Position numbers and translations under genes: made by a program
DNA from: Trichoplax sp. H2
Lineage: Eukaryota
Direction: 5' to 3'
Length of the DNA: 64,000 nucleotides
Assembly (NCBI GenBank): GCA_003344405.1
Contig: NOWV01000017.1
Location: forward strand, 682,001-746,000
Notes under the pieces: model-generated
What the model was told of the DNA's origin: nothing
Databases searched by the model: none
Seen by the model: only the letters and a program-made list of their open reading frames with translations
In this document: positions 12,060-26,300 of the stretch, piece after piece
How positions within the stretch are numbered: the first letter of the stretch is position 1
Layout: the number at the start of each line of letters is the position of its first letter

Positions 12060-15000
12060 TTAGTCAATATTGGAAAATTGGGAAGACAGAGATGTATCTA
12101 GTAAATGTTTAATGCCAGCTTCATTGATACCAAGGGATATATATTTGCAGTAATGATAAAATCTATAAAAGAAAATATGCGAAAATATTAAACTTTTGTA
12201 TCTCATAAATCTAACGATATCCATAAAGAGTTTATTAAATACCTTCTTTTCTTGCTTGTCTTTTCACGAATATCTTCTGATTGTAGAATAGTACGTAATG
12301 ACGGCAAATAATCCATAGCAATAGCCCGTCGATTTAACAGTTGAGAGTTTGGTAGAAAGGTAGGTGAAATCTCATGTACACGCACCAAATCAGTTCTATT
12401 CCTTTAAATAGAAAGTCGAAGGGGACTGTGTTAGATAAGAAACTTGAAGAATATTGTAAAACTATCAAAGGTATTTAACCTTAATTTTTCCACATAATCA
12501 GGAGATAGCCGCAAATCGTTACTATAAAAATTTTCAGAATTTGACAGATTACATGCATCGATGCCTAGTATACAAGAGAGTAATTAAAAATTTGCAATAC
12601 TGTATTAATGCTTTATTGGATTATTGTATGGTATCATTCGTCAGAGAGGTATTTACTTATTTCGAAATGTGTATCGTATTCGTATTGAATAATGATAATA
12701 CAGCAAGTAGTATTGCATTCGAACAATGGTAATACCTTTTCGATATGAGTCTTCGAAGGCAGTCTTAAGATTGATACTGCAAGCTTCAATACTAGTTGAT
12801 TCAATTGCTTCTCTGATTTCATAGTTAACTTGTGCATTATATAAATCGAGCACATCACCTTCATTTATTTCAAAACTAGATTCAAGGCTATCCCTAATGG
12901 AAAAATTAATGTCGTTCATTTCCTCGTCGAAATCTTTACAAGTCGAAGAAGTCAGCAGGCCGGAATCCATGAAGGAATTATTTACAAGAAAATCAGTCAT
13001 TATGGCTAAAGATTTTCTCTCAAAGTCCTTAGATGGTAAGGAGATATGAGTCGAAGATTCTTCTCTGGTTACTGGTAAATCGCTTATATCAGCGTCAGTT
13101 GATTTATTTTCATTAATAGCATCTAGATCTGCACATAACGCGGTAGTAGAATAAGCAGCGATGAAAGGTAAACAGTTACAATACGATAAATGTAAATTTC
13201 GCGATTGTATACATGTAGTTGTATAACAGGTCGAACATCCCTGGGACGATATTTCGTTAGTATTATTCCAATTGTCAAGAAAATGATTGAAGAATTTTCT
13301 AAATTCAGCCAATCCAAGGTGACATTCAATCAAATTATCAATATTTTTAGGGAAAGTATGCGGAAATGAAGCTGGATCAACTGTGGTATTAGTGCTATCT
13401 ATCGGGTTATTCACATTGCTATCCAGAGTTTCCAAACTATGACAGTCTGTAGATTTGACTTTGGAGTTTTTGTCATTGTCCATCATATCAGTTTTATAGT
13501 CAAGTAATGGATGCTCAATCCAAAATTGTAGCGCAAGTAAAGTACGTCGAATATCAAATTTACATTCTCGGTAAATTGTGATGATATCCTTCTTATCCGT
13601 TACAGCTCCTTCAACAAGACACATTACTTGCATGTTGACAGCCACTAAATTCTATCGATAGAACATCATAAAATAAGGTTTGATGTATACAATTAAGAAC
13701 TAATTGAAGTATAGAGACATACATTCGAGGGTGCGTTATATATAAGATGACCATACGGAAGTTTTAGATTGTGTAATAACGCTGTATCTGCAAAAGACGA
13801 AGTAACGTCAACGGATGTTAACATAAAGTCAAATAATCAAAAACTGCATTGAATATTACCACTGCATGTTAAAACGATTGGAACTTTGGTATTTTCCATT
13901 AAAGAATTTACAGCGGACCAAAAACCTTCGTCAATATCGAATAAAAGGTCAACCTAAACCGTGTTTTAAATGTATGATTTTATTATTATCATAAGCATAC
14001 AGTAATTACTATTCTTGTTTTGTTGTATGCGTACCATTATCGTATGTTATGTAACAGAAATTTTCAAACCTCTTCAAAAAGTATTACTGTCATACTGAGT
14101 TTCTTTAGTTCAGACGAGGGCGTTTTAGGTTTCGAAGTTATTAGATTGCTGCTGGAATCTTTCTTGCTTACTTTCTTTCCGACAACAGGATTACTTTTAA
14201 GATTTTTAGGGTCCGATTTACTATCTACTTTATCGTTTAAGTTCGGAGTAAAGTTTACTTGATGCGACTGTGTAGCTTCTCTAAGCTGTGACATAATAAG
14301 TTTACCAGAGCGCTTAAAAGACGCATTAACTTCAATAACCTAGATAAATAATGTTCGTTATGTATATTAGTACCAGAAAATAATGTCGTATAGTATAATA
14401 AAATTACGATGATAGCACATAATTTCTTCATACTTGCATTCCTAATTGTTCAGCACATGCATATACGGTAGCTGTTTTTCCACTTCCCGAAGGTCCTGAT
14501 AGTAACATAGTATTGTAATCGTAGGAAATTTCATCTATATGTTGTCTCAAGGATTCAGTCTGAAAATCATCATCTTCTTCGCTATCCCAAGCGCGTGATG
14601 GTTGCTTTTTCGAGTAATTACCTAGGCATCAAGGTTTCTTATTTTAATGCTATAAATTTAACCTTGCCATAATTAGCTATTGTTAAAAATCATTAGTTAT
14701 TACCATGTTTTTCGCTTTTAACGTTAAAGTCATTTAGTTTAATTTTCCAAATTTTCAGCCATTTATAAAATTTGTTTACTACTTTTTTATTACCAATCAT
14801 TTCTGAATGGTTTCGAGGACGATATTTCTCAGTCCATAACGTATCTGCGACTGGACCAGCAAAAGGTTTATTTTGAGCTTTGCCATTATCATTCGTATTT
14901 CCAGGTTTAGGTAGCTTATCAACATTAGCATCCATGCTTTCAGTTTCGCCGTCTTTTCCTGAATCTGCTTTAATATCGCGATTTTCTAGGTCTACCGTAA

Positions 15001-17685
15001 TACATTCGATTACTTCCTTACTGGTTCTACTGTTCCCTTCCCCTTCATCTGTCAAATTTACTGTGACTGCGTTGAGCATCATGGCCCTATCATTCGCGGA
15101 TCTACTAACTTCACGCAAATCGTTGCTGTCGGCTACTTGCAATATTGGATTAGTGGCGATTATTTCTGGCGATCGATTTATATGAGAGTCACCATTACTC
15201 GTGTAAGTAGATGGATTAACTGTTGACTTTGCTGAGGCATCAATCTTTGGTTCACTTAATGACTGGCTAAGAGATGTAGTTTTCTGTAAAGGTTGCTTTA
15301 AAAAGAGTTGAAAAATCTTGGTCTGAGTGCCATTATTGTGCTTCTTTTTATCCTTTCTACTAGAATTCTCTGTGGTATTGCTCACTAGCATTTTGTTGCT
15401 ACTGACCATTTCATCGACTATTTTTTCTCCAGATTTACCAACATTTCGATCTGGAATCGGCTTCATATTGCTTTCTTCCTTTAAACTGACGCAATGTTGT
15501 AACCCAAAAGACTTTGTGATTGGAAAATCTGCTATTTTCCGTTGAGAAGATGTTGTTGGATTGGCTTTAGATCGCTTAGTCATTGGGTGACTATCAACAA
15601 CTAAAGAGGTTCTCTTAATTGTTTTTGCAGATATTTTGGAAGGGCTTAAATTACCTTTATTCTTGTATTGAAGTACCTGCGTATCTGGATTATTTACATT
15701 ACCGGTTTGGTTTACAGATTTCTTCCTCATATACATGCTAAATAATTTATCTATATTTATGTCTGGAAAAGCTTCTTTAATTTTGTGCAAAGCAGGTATA
15801 AGGCAAGATTTATTTACTGGTGTAACAGGATGTGTCAGCGCCTAAACGTATCATTAATTAATAGATGATGGATTGAAAATTTTGTAAGTAATAATTTTAT
15901 AATACAGCCGATGTCGAATAATAAGATACTGACCTCCTGCTTTCTAGGTTTTAGGTTTTTAATCCGCTCAGAGACATAGTCTGGAAATGTTAACGAAGAC
16001 GATAGAGTTTTTAGTGATAATCCATTGCAAGTCTCATCCTTTGTAACGGTTGGAGTCTTAATGTTAACGAATAATTTTTCTATATCTACTTTGGGCAAAT
16101 GCCATAACCAATTGTCCTTTTCTTGTTGTTGAACATGACTTACGGTAGGGAAGGAGGTTATTGAAGTAGATATTACTGTGTTTTCTATATTTTCTATTGT
16201 ATTTCTTTTACAATTTCCTATGTGGAATCAGTTGGCTACCAGTTATTTCTTAATAGGATCAAGATAATCTAAAAATTATATGCATAATACCATAACATGA
16301 CTTACCAATCTCTTTCGAACTGCTGATCAATCTCTCAAAAGCATTCGTTACAACCTTCTTAGCCGTATGGCTTTCCGGTTTATTAGACCCAGGTATTTTG
16401 TCATTCGCTACTACAGTATTCTGGATAGGTTGACTTACACTATTATTTGATGTTTGCTTCTGTATCGTTACATCATTATTCTTGTCTTTCTTTCTTGTTC
16501 GTAGGAATATTGGCGCCAGCTTGACGTCTAAATAAAAATTCATATTTATATGCCATATTGCTACATCATGTGACTACATATCGGTAAATGCAAAGATAGG
16601 TATTTCATCTCAAACGATACCAATGTGTATTTACCTTTACTACATAATTTATCTTTCGGGGTTGTATCAATTTTCTCTTTCCCTATCTCCATCGTTTGAA
16701 TTTCTTTATTGCAGTGATCTCCAGTATTTAGGATGATAGGTGGCGCTGCTAGCTCCTCTATAAGTTGACCACTTGCGGTTTTACATTCATTCTGGAGTAC
16801 TGATCTCTCTATTACTGTAGTTGCTGTTGCATTTCCTTGGTAACTGCTTGCAAGCTTACACGGATTGGGCTTTGAGATGAGTTCAGTAGCAGGCGTGACT
16901 GATCCATTGACGGAATTGTCGTTAGCTTTATTATAGGCTACATTATCATAATTCGGTTGCATGTTTTCATCGCCAATATGTTGTCTATCCTTACGTGATC
17001 TTAGAGATTTTGTTAAAGTATCGATGGCGGAAAAGGTAATGGTTTGTTGCTTAAATGGCATATGTCTTGAAGCGTTACTTTTCTTATTTATTGGTTGTAT
17101 TTCATGTGATCCATTTCGAGGTAGATGATTTGTTCCTATAAAATTAACCGCGTCCATTTGTGACGAAATCGCTCGTTTACTTTGTAGGCGAGTTGTTGTT
17201 CTCAATGTAGCCATCTCAGCTAAATCTGATGTAATTTTAAGAGAATTTACTGTACTTGTGTTATTGGTGCTTAATAGAGACTTATCTAAGTCACATGATT
17301 CTTGTGCTAAATCAATTTCTACTTTAAGAGGGCTAAAGTGTTTAAAGGTAGGATTATTTTCATCTATTTGTAAGTTGGCAACTTGCTCTTGAGGCAATGG
17401 CTCCGTAACATCATCGGAAATGGTAGCTTTTCTTTTACGGGTAGCCATTAAAGATGTATCTTTCACTAGTGAACTATCCTGTGCGAGCTCTACTTTCTCA
17501 ACAGTTGCCTTGTTTTGATTTCTAATCGTTGGATGAATTTTATTCTTGTCAGGTGTTTCGCTACGAATGCATTGCTCTTGAAGGTTTAAATTTACATCTT
17601 GATTGTTAACGACGGTAACAGTGTTACTTTTCTTTTTTTTCGGTGCAGTAAAGTAAGTGGTAATCAAAATATTGTTATCTTCCAT
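12060..17685 (-). CDS. ATAD5: ATAD5/ELG1, large subunit of the RFC-like PCNA unloader, multi-exon
   Basis: Long disordered N-terminal exons are followed by LWTEKYRP, Walker A GPSGSGKTATVYACAEQLG, VIEVNAS...LREATQSHQV, ILFEEVD, DIRRTLLALQFW, DYLPSLRTILQSE and a terminal KRRFYHY. Stop at 12060-12062. Start codon is tentative. Confidence 0.9.
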
Positions 17686-18686
17686 AGTGAGTTCAAGCAG
17701 AAGCTAGACTTTTTAAATTCAAGTTGGGCCACTCCTGAAATTGCAGCAGCATTTATAGAACTTCTCTCTACTTGCTCGTTGTACAAATTAGACACAATTG
17801 AAGGACATGCCGTAGTCTATCCTAAATAAGGTCAATAAACAAAGACACGTTATACACATATAAAACCTACCATTGTTAATTGATTCATTAATTATCGGCA
17901 AAATTTCGTCGGATACTGAATTCTATTTGTCTTGTAATTACAGCAGAATTGAGATGAAAAGCCATTAAACAATCAACAATAGGATTGTATGGAGCACTAG
18001 TACTACGCATTGATGACTAGCCTATAAAAAACCGTAATAACTTTTTACTCTGATGCTATACTTTGCTTGTCGTTATCATTGCTGTAATAATGATTACAGA
18101 AGCTTTCGATCTTTATTTACACGTATGGGTTGGAAAGTAACCCAGCAAGTAAAAAGAGGATAACGATTATTTATAAATAATTCTGCTAAGTCATGATAAT
18201 GTCTGGTATGAGTGTGGATATTTGTAGTGTCTTGGATGTGGCTGTATAAATCATAAAGATTTTGAATGGTTTTGTTGTAAGTGTGACCACAAGTATGATT
18301 GTTGATAACTATAGTATTGTTTGTGATTGTGTGATATACGAGTATATATACAGTACTTTAGTCTTTGGTAGTTAGGAGGAGATACTATTCCTTGTAGATT
18401 AAATTGTAATTGGAAAACAATATCAATGCAAACTATAAAAGCAACAGGCTGTAAGGGTAGCCATTACAAGGTATTTATAACTGTCAAGATTGGATAATAG
18501 GTAATCTCCTCAATACAGAACAGGTAGGTGTAAGTCCAAGTAGTATTTTAATATGGGAGCTCTATGACTTGTACGGTTGTCGATGTATTAATATGATGAA
18601 GATGATGGGGAAGATTGATTTTGGTCCGTTCAAACTATGTCATGGTTTCCAAATGCAACCCTGTGCACTACAGTAGGTGCAATTCG

Positions 18687-18700
18687 GTGACCAAGGTAAC
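18687..18700. promoter_or_regulatory. RFX X-box motif GTGACCAAGGTAAC
   Basis: Perfect match to GTNRCC-N2-RGYAAC, in the ATAD5/RPTOR divergent intergenic region. Confidence 0.45.
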
Positions 18701-19479
18701 TTCAGCTACAGTGACGCGGTGGTCCGCATCTCGTCCACACTTAGCTCGCACATTTGGACATTTGCTAATGACGAAATCGCACTTAAGAAAAGAAAGTATG
18801 TACACAAGCATTGGCATAGTTTTCTAATTCTGGCTCATAATTACCAACTCCATTGACCTCGATATATAAAGAAATGAAAGAATTCAATCGTTTCCATTGC
18901 TGTGGATAATGGACTGACTACCTTTATGTCTTGCTGCCCCCCTGGCCCAAAATGGCGGCAAGCAACAAAGTGGAACAGATACTGTCTACGTCTTACCCTT
19001 TTACAAATGGAAGTCCACCCTGATCTTTACTGATATTAAAGACAGTAGCTACTATGGAAATTTACCGTCATTTTCTAGTCTCAAAGTAATATCAGCATGG
19101 ATAATATTGTGCAAACTTACTGTTTACTCCCGCTTGATTTTTGCTTTACTGCAACAGCGGCATGCAAGCCCCAACTTCCAGTTCATTCAAATGAGGGAGT
19201 GTTACCAAACCCTTGAACCGTGTCCAATAGACTGTATGAGTTAGTAGTGGCAAGCTTGGAACGCAAGGCTAGGGAACATCCGTCCGTACAGTACGTCGTT
19301 GACTTCTGTTTTTTCGGTACTTGACCACTCAACTCCTTGTCTCTAATACGACGATAGACAGAGAATACAGCGTTGATTGCGTACTAGTACTGTTTTGCCA
19401 ATGTCTTCCCGCCATCGCTGGACTCGATTTACAGTATATTTTTGTACAGTATTTTTGTACAGTACTCATCCCAATTTCG

Positions 19480-19553
19480 GTACAATACTGTCCAGGTAGT
19501 CCAATCTCTATACAGTACAGTATGGAAATTGGACTACCTGGACAGTACTGTAC
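19480..19553. repeat. Inverted repeat (hairpin) with perfect 20-bp arms
   Basis: TACTGTCCAGGTAGTCCAAT (19486-19505) is the reverse complement of ATTGGACTACCTGGACAGTA (19528-19547). Confidence 0.9.
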
Positions 19554-20106
19554 AGCTGTACTGTACAGTGTACAGTACAATGTGTACAGTACATCTAGTA
19601 CTACTGTAGTCCAGGACTGTGTCACGCTTAGACGGACAGACATTTCCAGCCAAAATATTGTGCCAAACACTGGGTTATGCCAGTATTGTAGTATATACAG
19701 TAGACGGTCGATTTGAATTGACTGATATTTTCTCAGTTAGTAAGTAAATATTAAATATTATTACCTTGAATCTGACTCATAATCAATTCAAGAATACACT
19801 CTAACCTGTTGTACTGCACCCCTAATGGGGTAGCATAAGAGAAAGCAATGGCATGACTAAGATTACTGTTCGACTGCAGCTCCCGGGTCAAAGTCTACCA
19901 TAATATTCTAAAAGTCTTGTGACCAGTCATCATTGGAATGTGGCTCCTGGTGCTGGTACAGTACTGCACAGTACAATATACTGTAGGTTTACAATACAAG
20001 TACTGCAGCACGGTACTGTAACGGTAGTAAAAATAACTTCTCCTACCGTACTGTACGAGTGTACGTACAGTACGGTGGTTACAGACGTACAGACAAACAC
20101 TTGTCG

Positions 20107-20126
20107 TGCCTGCCTGCCTGCCTGCC
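20107..20126. repeat. (TGCC)5 microsatellite upstream of RPTOR
   Basis: tgcctgcctgcctgcctgcc. Confidence 0.85.
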
Positions 20127-20350
20127 TTGGGTAAAACCCTACTGTTGGGTATCAGACAGCCTGATCACATTTTACTCAAGCCAATGGAAAGCAATGGCCA
20201 TGCAAAATAGAAATCCTTGAATGGACTAACACAAGGTATTCAATTCTTTTCCTATGCGATATATCGAGGCTTATAATCTGGAGTGAATACTGTATCTTGG
20301 AGAAAAAGTGATTCTATCCTGGTAGGATCGATCCCTATTAAGTGGACAAG

Positions 20351-23300
20351 ATGGAAGAAGATGAAGGCAATGAACTACGCGATTTTAACGTACCCATATT
20401 TTTCAATCAGCCACGGCATACTGAAGATGTCCGAGGTTTAAAAATGCTGGAGAAATCTTGGAAGATGACTGAGAGGGTAAGCCATCATGGATAGTATAGT
20501 GTGATTATGAATGATCGACATGGATTAAAGGGCTAGTGTGGGAGTTGTATCAAATGCGCTATAAAATGGGCTAACATCGATCCATTCAATAAGCAAAATA
20601 ATGCAACTTTTAAGTGCTGTAATACCCACCTTGAGTTTGTGTTGACACTATTCCTACAATGTAGTCAAATGGTGTAATCATCATCGGATTGTGGCTATCA
20701 TGCCAGCACTTTTACCGATTACAATACAGTAAATTGTTGCAAACTTATTAGCAATACCAAGGAATACAATCTCTTACAGTCAAAAGGATCAATGCCATCA
20801 GTCAATTCTACATGGATCGTCTTTCGTTGTTTATTATAATAATAATAATGAATTATTGAAAAATCCTGACTGGTACAACGACGGACGAGTAGATGCTTGT
20901 CTTGTTGCAATACTGTACAGCAAACCGACAGTACCTACTCATCTCCACCCTAAAAGTCGGACATCTACGTGATATTTTAGTTGTCATGTACAAGATGAAC
21001 ATAGCACCTACAAGTAGATGGAGTAGAGTACAAAAGGATTGCCGGATAGATCGAAAATGGGATATGTAATCAATTAGGTTAATTACTCTTTTTTTTCCCC
21101 TACAAAGTAAACCATAAACACATAAGCACACCGAATACGTCAACAGTTCTACTTTGGTTTATTCAATTAATTGGTAATGACGATCGTTAAAAATACTTTA
21201 TTTCTACCATCTGTACCGTTAATCCTTGTAGATCAACATGATTCAACATGATACAGTACCCTGCTTATATTCTTTACAATATCACAATCGATTGGACTAG
21301 GCTAACTGGATTATCGATCTATCATCATTTTATCCAGTTTACTTTTTGTAAAGATTGATACATTACAAATACGGCAATGCTTTGGTCGGTTACAGGTAGT
21401 ATGTAATTATTCGATTTGAGCAGGTTTAATAATACTAGACTATCTATCGTAATTTTATCCACCTTATCATTTCTATACATACGAATACAGTGGGCGATAA
21501 CGCATATTACTCGCCATTAGGAATTACTGTATAGGTACGACATAGCTCTTTCAAATCCAAAGGAATAATCGCTTTCAACGCCAACCTTATGCTACTCAAT
21601 TACATCGATTAACTTGGTCTAATTATATATAACTCCAGTTGCTATATAAGAAGGATCTTACTGTGTGTTGAGACTCCCAATTCGGCTGATCTAAAGCTCA
21701 GTGATAATATACGCGTATCATTATTACCATTACAGCGAAGCCAAAAAGAAATAGTTAACTAAACTGACAGTAATTACTTTCTTATGTAAAGCGTTACTGA
21801 ATGAATTAAATGAAAACCTTCTATTTAGATGAAAACTGTAAGTGTAGCATTAGTATTATGCTTGAATGTTGGTGTTGATCCTCCCGATCTTATCAAGCCT
21901 ACTCCTTGTGCACGACTAGAATGTTGGCTAGGTACACAAGTTTATTTATTAAGTGTAGTATTGATACATTGCAAATGTTCGGCTATTTAAGGTCTTTAAT
22001 TATAGCTTTATCCATATGCATGCTTGAGAATGATTTCTTTTTTTAGATCCCCTAACGATGAATCCTAATAAATCGCTTGAAGCTGTCGGTAATAGTTTAC
22101 AGAAACAGTATGAAAGATGGCAGCCCAAGGTACAGAATAAGAACGATTGAATGATTTTTTGATAGGAAATGTCATATATCTCAGCCAAAGTTGTGTTATA
22201 TTGTTAAAATTATGTCAATGCTTTAAAAACTTTGTAATTTGCTGAGTAAATACTAGAAAATTAGTCCATTTTTAGAACACTGTATACAACAGGTATTTTC
22301 TCCAAACGGTATTCAAAAAGTACAACTTGTTGTTAAGTTTTAAAATTAATTAAGCAGAATTTTTTTCGCGTCGTCTATAGGCACGCTATAAGCAGAGTTT
22401 GGATCCTACGGTAGAGGAAGTCAAAAAATTGTGTCTCTCCTTGCGGCGCAATGCTAAGGTAAGACGATTCAATGCGAGAACCTTAAAAAATTGAAATACC
22501 CTTTTTATGTATAGCATACAGTAATCTAATTTGTACAGGCAGAGACGTATCTATATCTTGACCTACCGTACTTTAATTAGGATGATAGGGTACTGTTTCA
22601 TTATAATGGGCATGGAGTACCTCGACCTACTCAAAATGGTGAAATATGGGTTTTCAATAAGGTAATACAATAAACTTACTTTTGAGTTATAAAAAATTGA
22701 AATTAATTTAAGGATACGTCGTATTGCTGTTGACTGATCTAAAAATATAGAACTACACGCAGTATATTCCATTATCGATATATGATCTGCAAAGTTGGAT
22801 TGCTGGTCCTACTGTTTTTACTTATGATTGTTCTAATGCCGGTGAGTTTTGATCGTACAATCTATTATGCGGTAGTTGCCCTTTTCAAATTATTTCACTT
22901 ATAATTATTATTTAATGGTATTATAGAGTATAAATTACTTTCAATGATTATCATAGTAAACATCAATAGTATAATGAATAGTATCTATCACATGCTATAT
23001 TTACAATAATATCTGTATCTCTCTATTTTACCTATTGTAGGTGCTATTATTGACCATTACTTACTTTTTTGTCAGCAACGACGTGAGGAAAGTCCTGTAA
23101 GTGTAAAAAATAGTTATTGGTCCACTATCATGAATATTATTACTCTACAATTTAAGTTATTGGTCCATTAACTAATCTTCCTTTCTGTATTTACCAGCTT
23201 TTTATTTAGCTGTGTTTAATGCTTTATTTTTAATTGTTCATATATAGGGTGAAAGCGACTCAGATATATCAGTTACTTTATTAGATAATTGTATTCACAT

Positions 23301-26300
23301 GGCTTCCTGTAGCTCCAATGAAGTATTACCGTTAAATCCAGATTTACCAGCTGATTTATTTACATCATGCCTTACAACTCCAATTAAAACAGCCCTAAGA
23401 TGGTAATGTAGAACTTTGGCCAATATCAAAATCAATTTAGTACTTGATATAATATCAGATAATGTAATAGAAACCAATGTTGCAATTGGCAAGTGTACTA
23501 TACACTAAGTCTTGCTTCTGATATCTTCATGCTTTAATAGGTTTTGCATAAATAATAACAACCTTTTGGTACCTAATATAACTTTAGAAATGATCGAAAA
23601 GTAAGCTATGTATTACTTGTTATATTGTGTAGAGAATATAATATTTACAATTGTATCATATTTGAAATAAAAAGAATTCCAGGAAAATTGAACGATCGAA
23701 GAACACCGATTGGAGAACTAAACTGGATATTTACTGCTGTAACTGATACGATCGCTTGGAATGTTCTTCCTACTAGTATGTTTGCTTTAGGCTATTTTTA
23801 ATAAAATGCGTGAATGTTATTTTTTGAAACAAACTGAAAATTATTATAACTTTGAATATATAGAAATATTTCAGAAGTTATTTCGCCAAGATCTGCTAGT
23901 TGCAAGTCTATTTCGAAATTTTCTTTTGGCTGAAAGGATAATGCGTTCTTTTAATTGTTCACCGACGTCACATCCGAAATTACCAAGTACTCACAGTCAC
24001 CCAATGTGGTTAGTCTAAAATTTGGATTGGCGTTAAAGATTGCAAATAACATTATATACCGGCATGAACTGTATATTGTATAGATGTATTGTAAGTAGTA
24101 GTTTCCGTTGATTGCTTTAGGTATACATGGGATTTAGTCCTTGATCGATGTCTATCTCAATTACCATCTATTATCAATAATGGAGAAGAATTTGCGGTAA
24201 ATTGAGTATCTTTGATGATATTTACTATTTCACTTGATCTACTAAGATTTATACTTATACTGAAGTTAAAAATATCCTTACTTGCCTATTCTTATTGTGG
24301 TAATTGTAGCATAGCACATTCTTTGAGGATCAACTTACAGCATTCCAAGTGTGGTTAGCGTTAGGATCGAAAGAACGCAATGTTCCTGAGCAATTACCGG
24401 TTGTTCTACAGGTTTGAAATTAATTTGAATGTTAAAAATTTTCTACTGAACATCGCTATGGAAATGTAGTAGGTATATTTTATTATAATCGAATTTTTTT
24501 ATTATATTTAGGTTTTGTTGAGTCAAATTCACAGAATTCGAGCTCTTGACTTGTTAGGAAAGTTTCTCGATTTCGGCGTATGGGCTGTAGAACTGGTATG
24601 TATACCTAAAATCCTTAGCTACTATTTATTGGTAATATATCAAGTTGCTACTCGATGTACTAATGGTATCTTATTCTTACGTAATAACTGTAGGCCCTTT
24701 CGGTTGGCATTTTCCCGTATGTGTTGCGACTTCTTCAAAGTTCTGCTAGAGAACTAAAACCGCGGATGTTATTTATTTGGACAAAGATTTTAGCTCACGA
24801 TATTGTATGTATCACAAATTTATGTGTCAATAGCTCCCTATTAATCTAAGAATATCATTTCTTATTATGTTAATACTATTGCTTCTGCAATATTTTTAAA
24901 ATTATATTTTGTATTCTTTTGTTTATTTCCATAACACTAACGCGTAATAGAGTTGCCAGGTTGATTTAGTAAAGGACGGTGCTTATAAATACTTTCTCCA
25001 AATTCTGGCAGATTCTCAAATGCCGGTTGGTATTATCCTGCTTGATCTTAATTCCTAATTTTGTTATTATTATTAATTATTGTTGGCCTTTCGTAGTCAA
25101 AGGATAGAGCTATGGCTGCTTATATAATGGCTATGGTAATTAAAGATTATCCTACAGGAAAGGTATGGTGTTAAGTTAGGATTACATAATGTCGCTCTGT
25201 GATATATTAAGTTAGTTGCCTCTGAGCTTGTAATAGAACAATAGCTTACTGAGATTTTTTAACTAATAATATGTAGGAGGCAGCTCAACAAAGCAATATT
25301 ATTGCTATATGCACCGAGTTGCTAGATGACCCAAACCCTTTATTGCGTCAGTGGGTAGTACTATGTTTAGGATATGAATGGAATGGGTATGATCCGGCTA
25401 GATGGTGTGCCGTTAGAGATAACGCGTACGAGAAGTTGTCTCATTTACTTGCCGATGAATGTGTTGAGGTATACTAGATAACTAGTTGATCAACTAATGG
25501 ACCTGATTTAAATATATTATCATCATAATATGCACGTATTGAATAATAATAACACCATGAAGAAAGAATTAAATACCTTTTTTAATCAGGTTAGAGCAAG
25601 TGTTGTGTATGCATTGGGTACATTCGTAAGTAATAAAAACGATCGTAATGGCCAAGCTGATAACATTGATCAAGGAATTGGAATGACATTGGCAGCATGT
25701 GTAAGGGATGGTAGTCCGGTAGTGCGAAAGGTGCAGGAGTAAATATTAAAACTTTAGTAATAGTCAAACAAATCTCAAGATTGTCTAACATGATTATTCT
25801 TTTGATCAATCTGATGGATAGGAACTTGTTGTTGCATTATCTGGATTTGTATTGGAATTTGAATCATATTTCATATCCACAGCTACGAAATTGGTAAGAG
25901 AAGTTGAGAGTGAGAAAGATAAAAACCGCAACAACCAAAGTGGCCCTGGAGCACCTGGTGGACGGGTTTTGGTTCCAAATAAAAATACTGGTCTGACGCT
26001 GCATCAGAGTACTGACAGCTCCCATTCTCAGCAATCACGTCGATCTCGTTTATCTATGAGTCAGTCAAATAATTCTTTATCGCCAGCTACAACTGGTGAT
26101 TACCATCCCGCGCTCGAGCGTTTGTTGTCACTTCCACCTAGAAGTGTATATAATATGGTTTGGAGGGTATGTATGTGTAACGAGTATTGAAAACTGTATG
26201 GTCATACAGCGTATCAATTTTTTTTAGCGCATGAATAAACTTTCACCTTCTTGACTACACTTGTAGGCTTTGATTACGTTGCTTAATGATCCTTTTCCGG

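Noticed and set aside
14880..15545. Antisense ORFs over ATAD5 (also over IQCB1, ERCC6 and TEDC2)
   Set aside because: They are shadow ORFs of real coding exons on the opposite strand.
18090..18312. ~70-codon open frame on the minus strand (INNHTCGHTYNK...)
   Set aside because: No start codon or convincing upstream exon, low-complexity A/C-rich composition, and no recognisable homology; more likely ATAD5 5' UTR or intron.
19321..19716. Overlapping 131-aa and 113-aa ORFs that share the peptide VQYCPGSPISI
   Set aside because: The shared peptide is an artefact of the inverted repeat plus the pentamer array.
18857..20269. Weak inverted similarity (CCTCGATATAT...AAAGAATT.AAT) at 18857 and ~20240-20269 as transposon TIRs
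   Set aside because: Only about 11 bp match exactly, with no target-site duplication or transposase evident.
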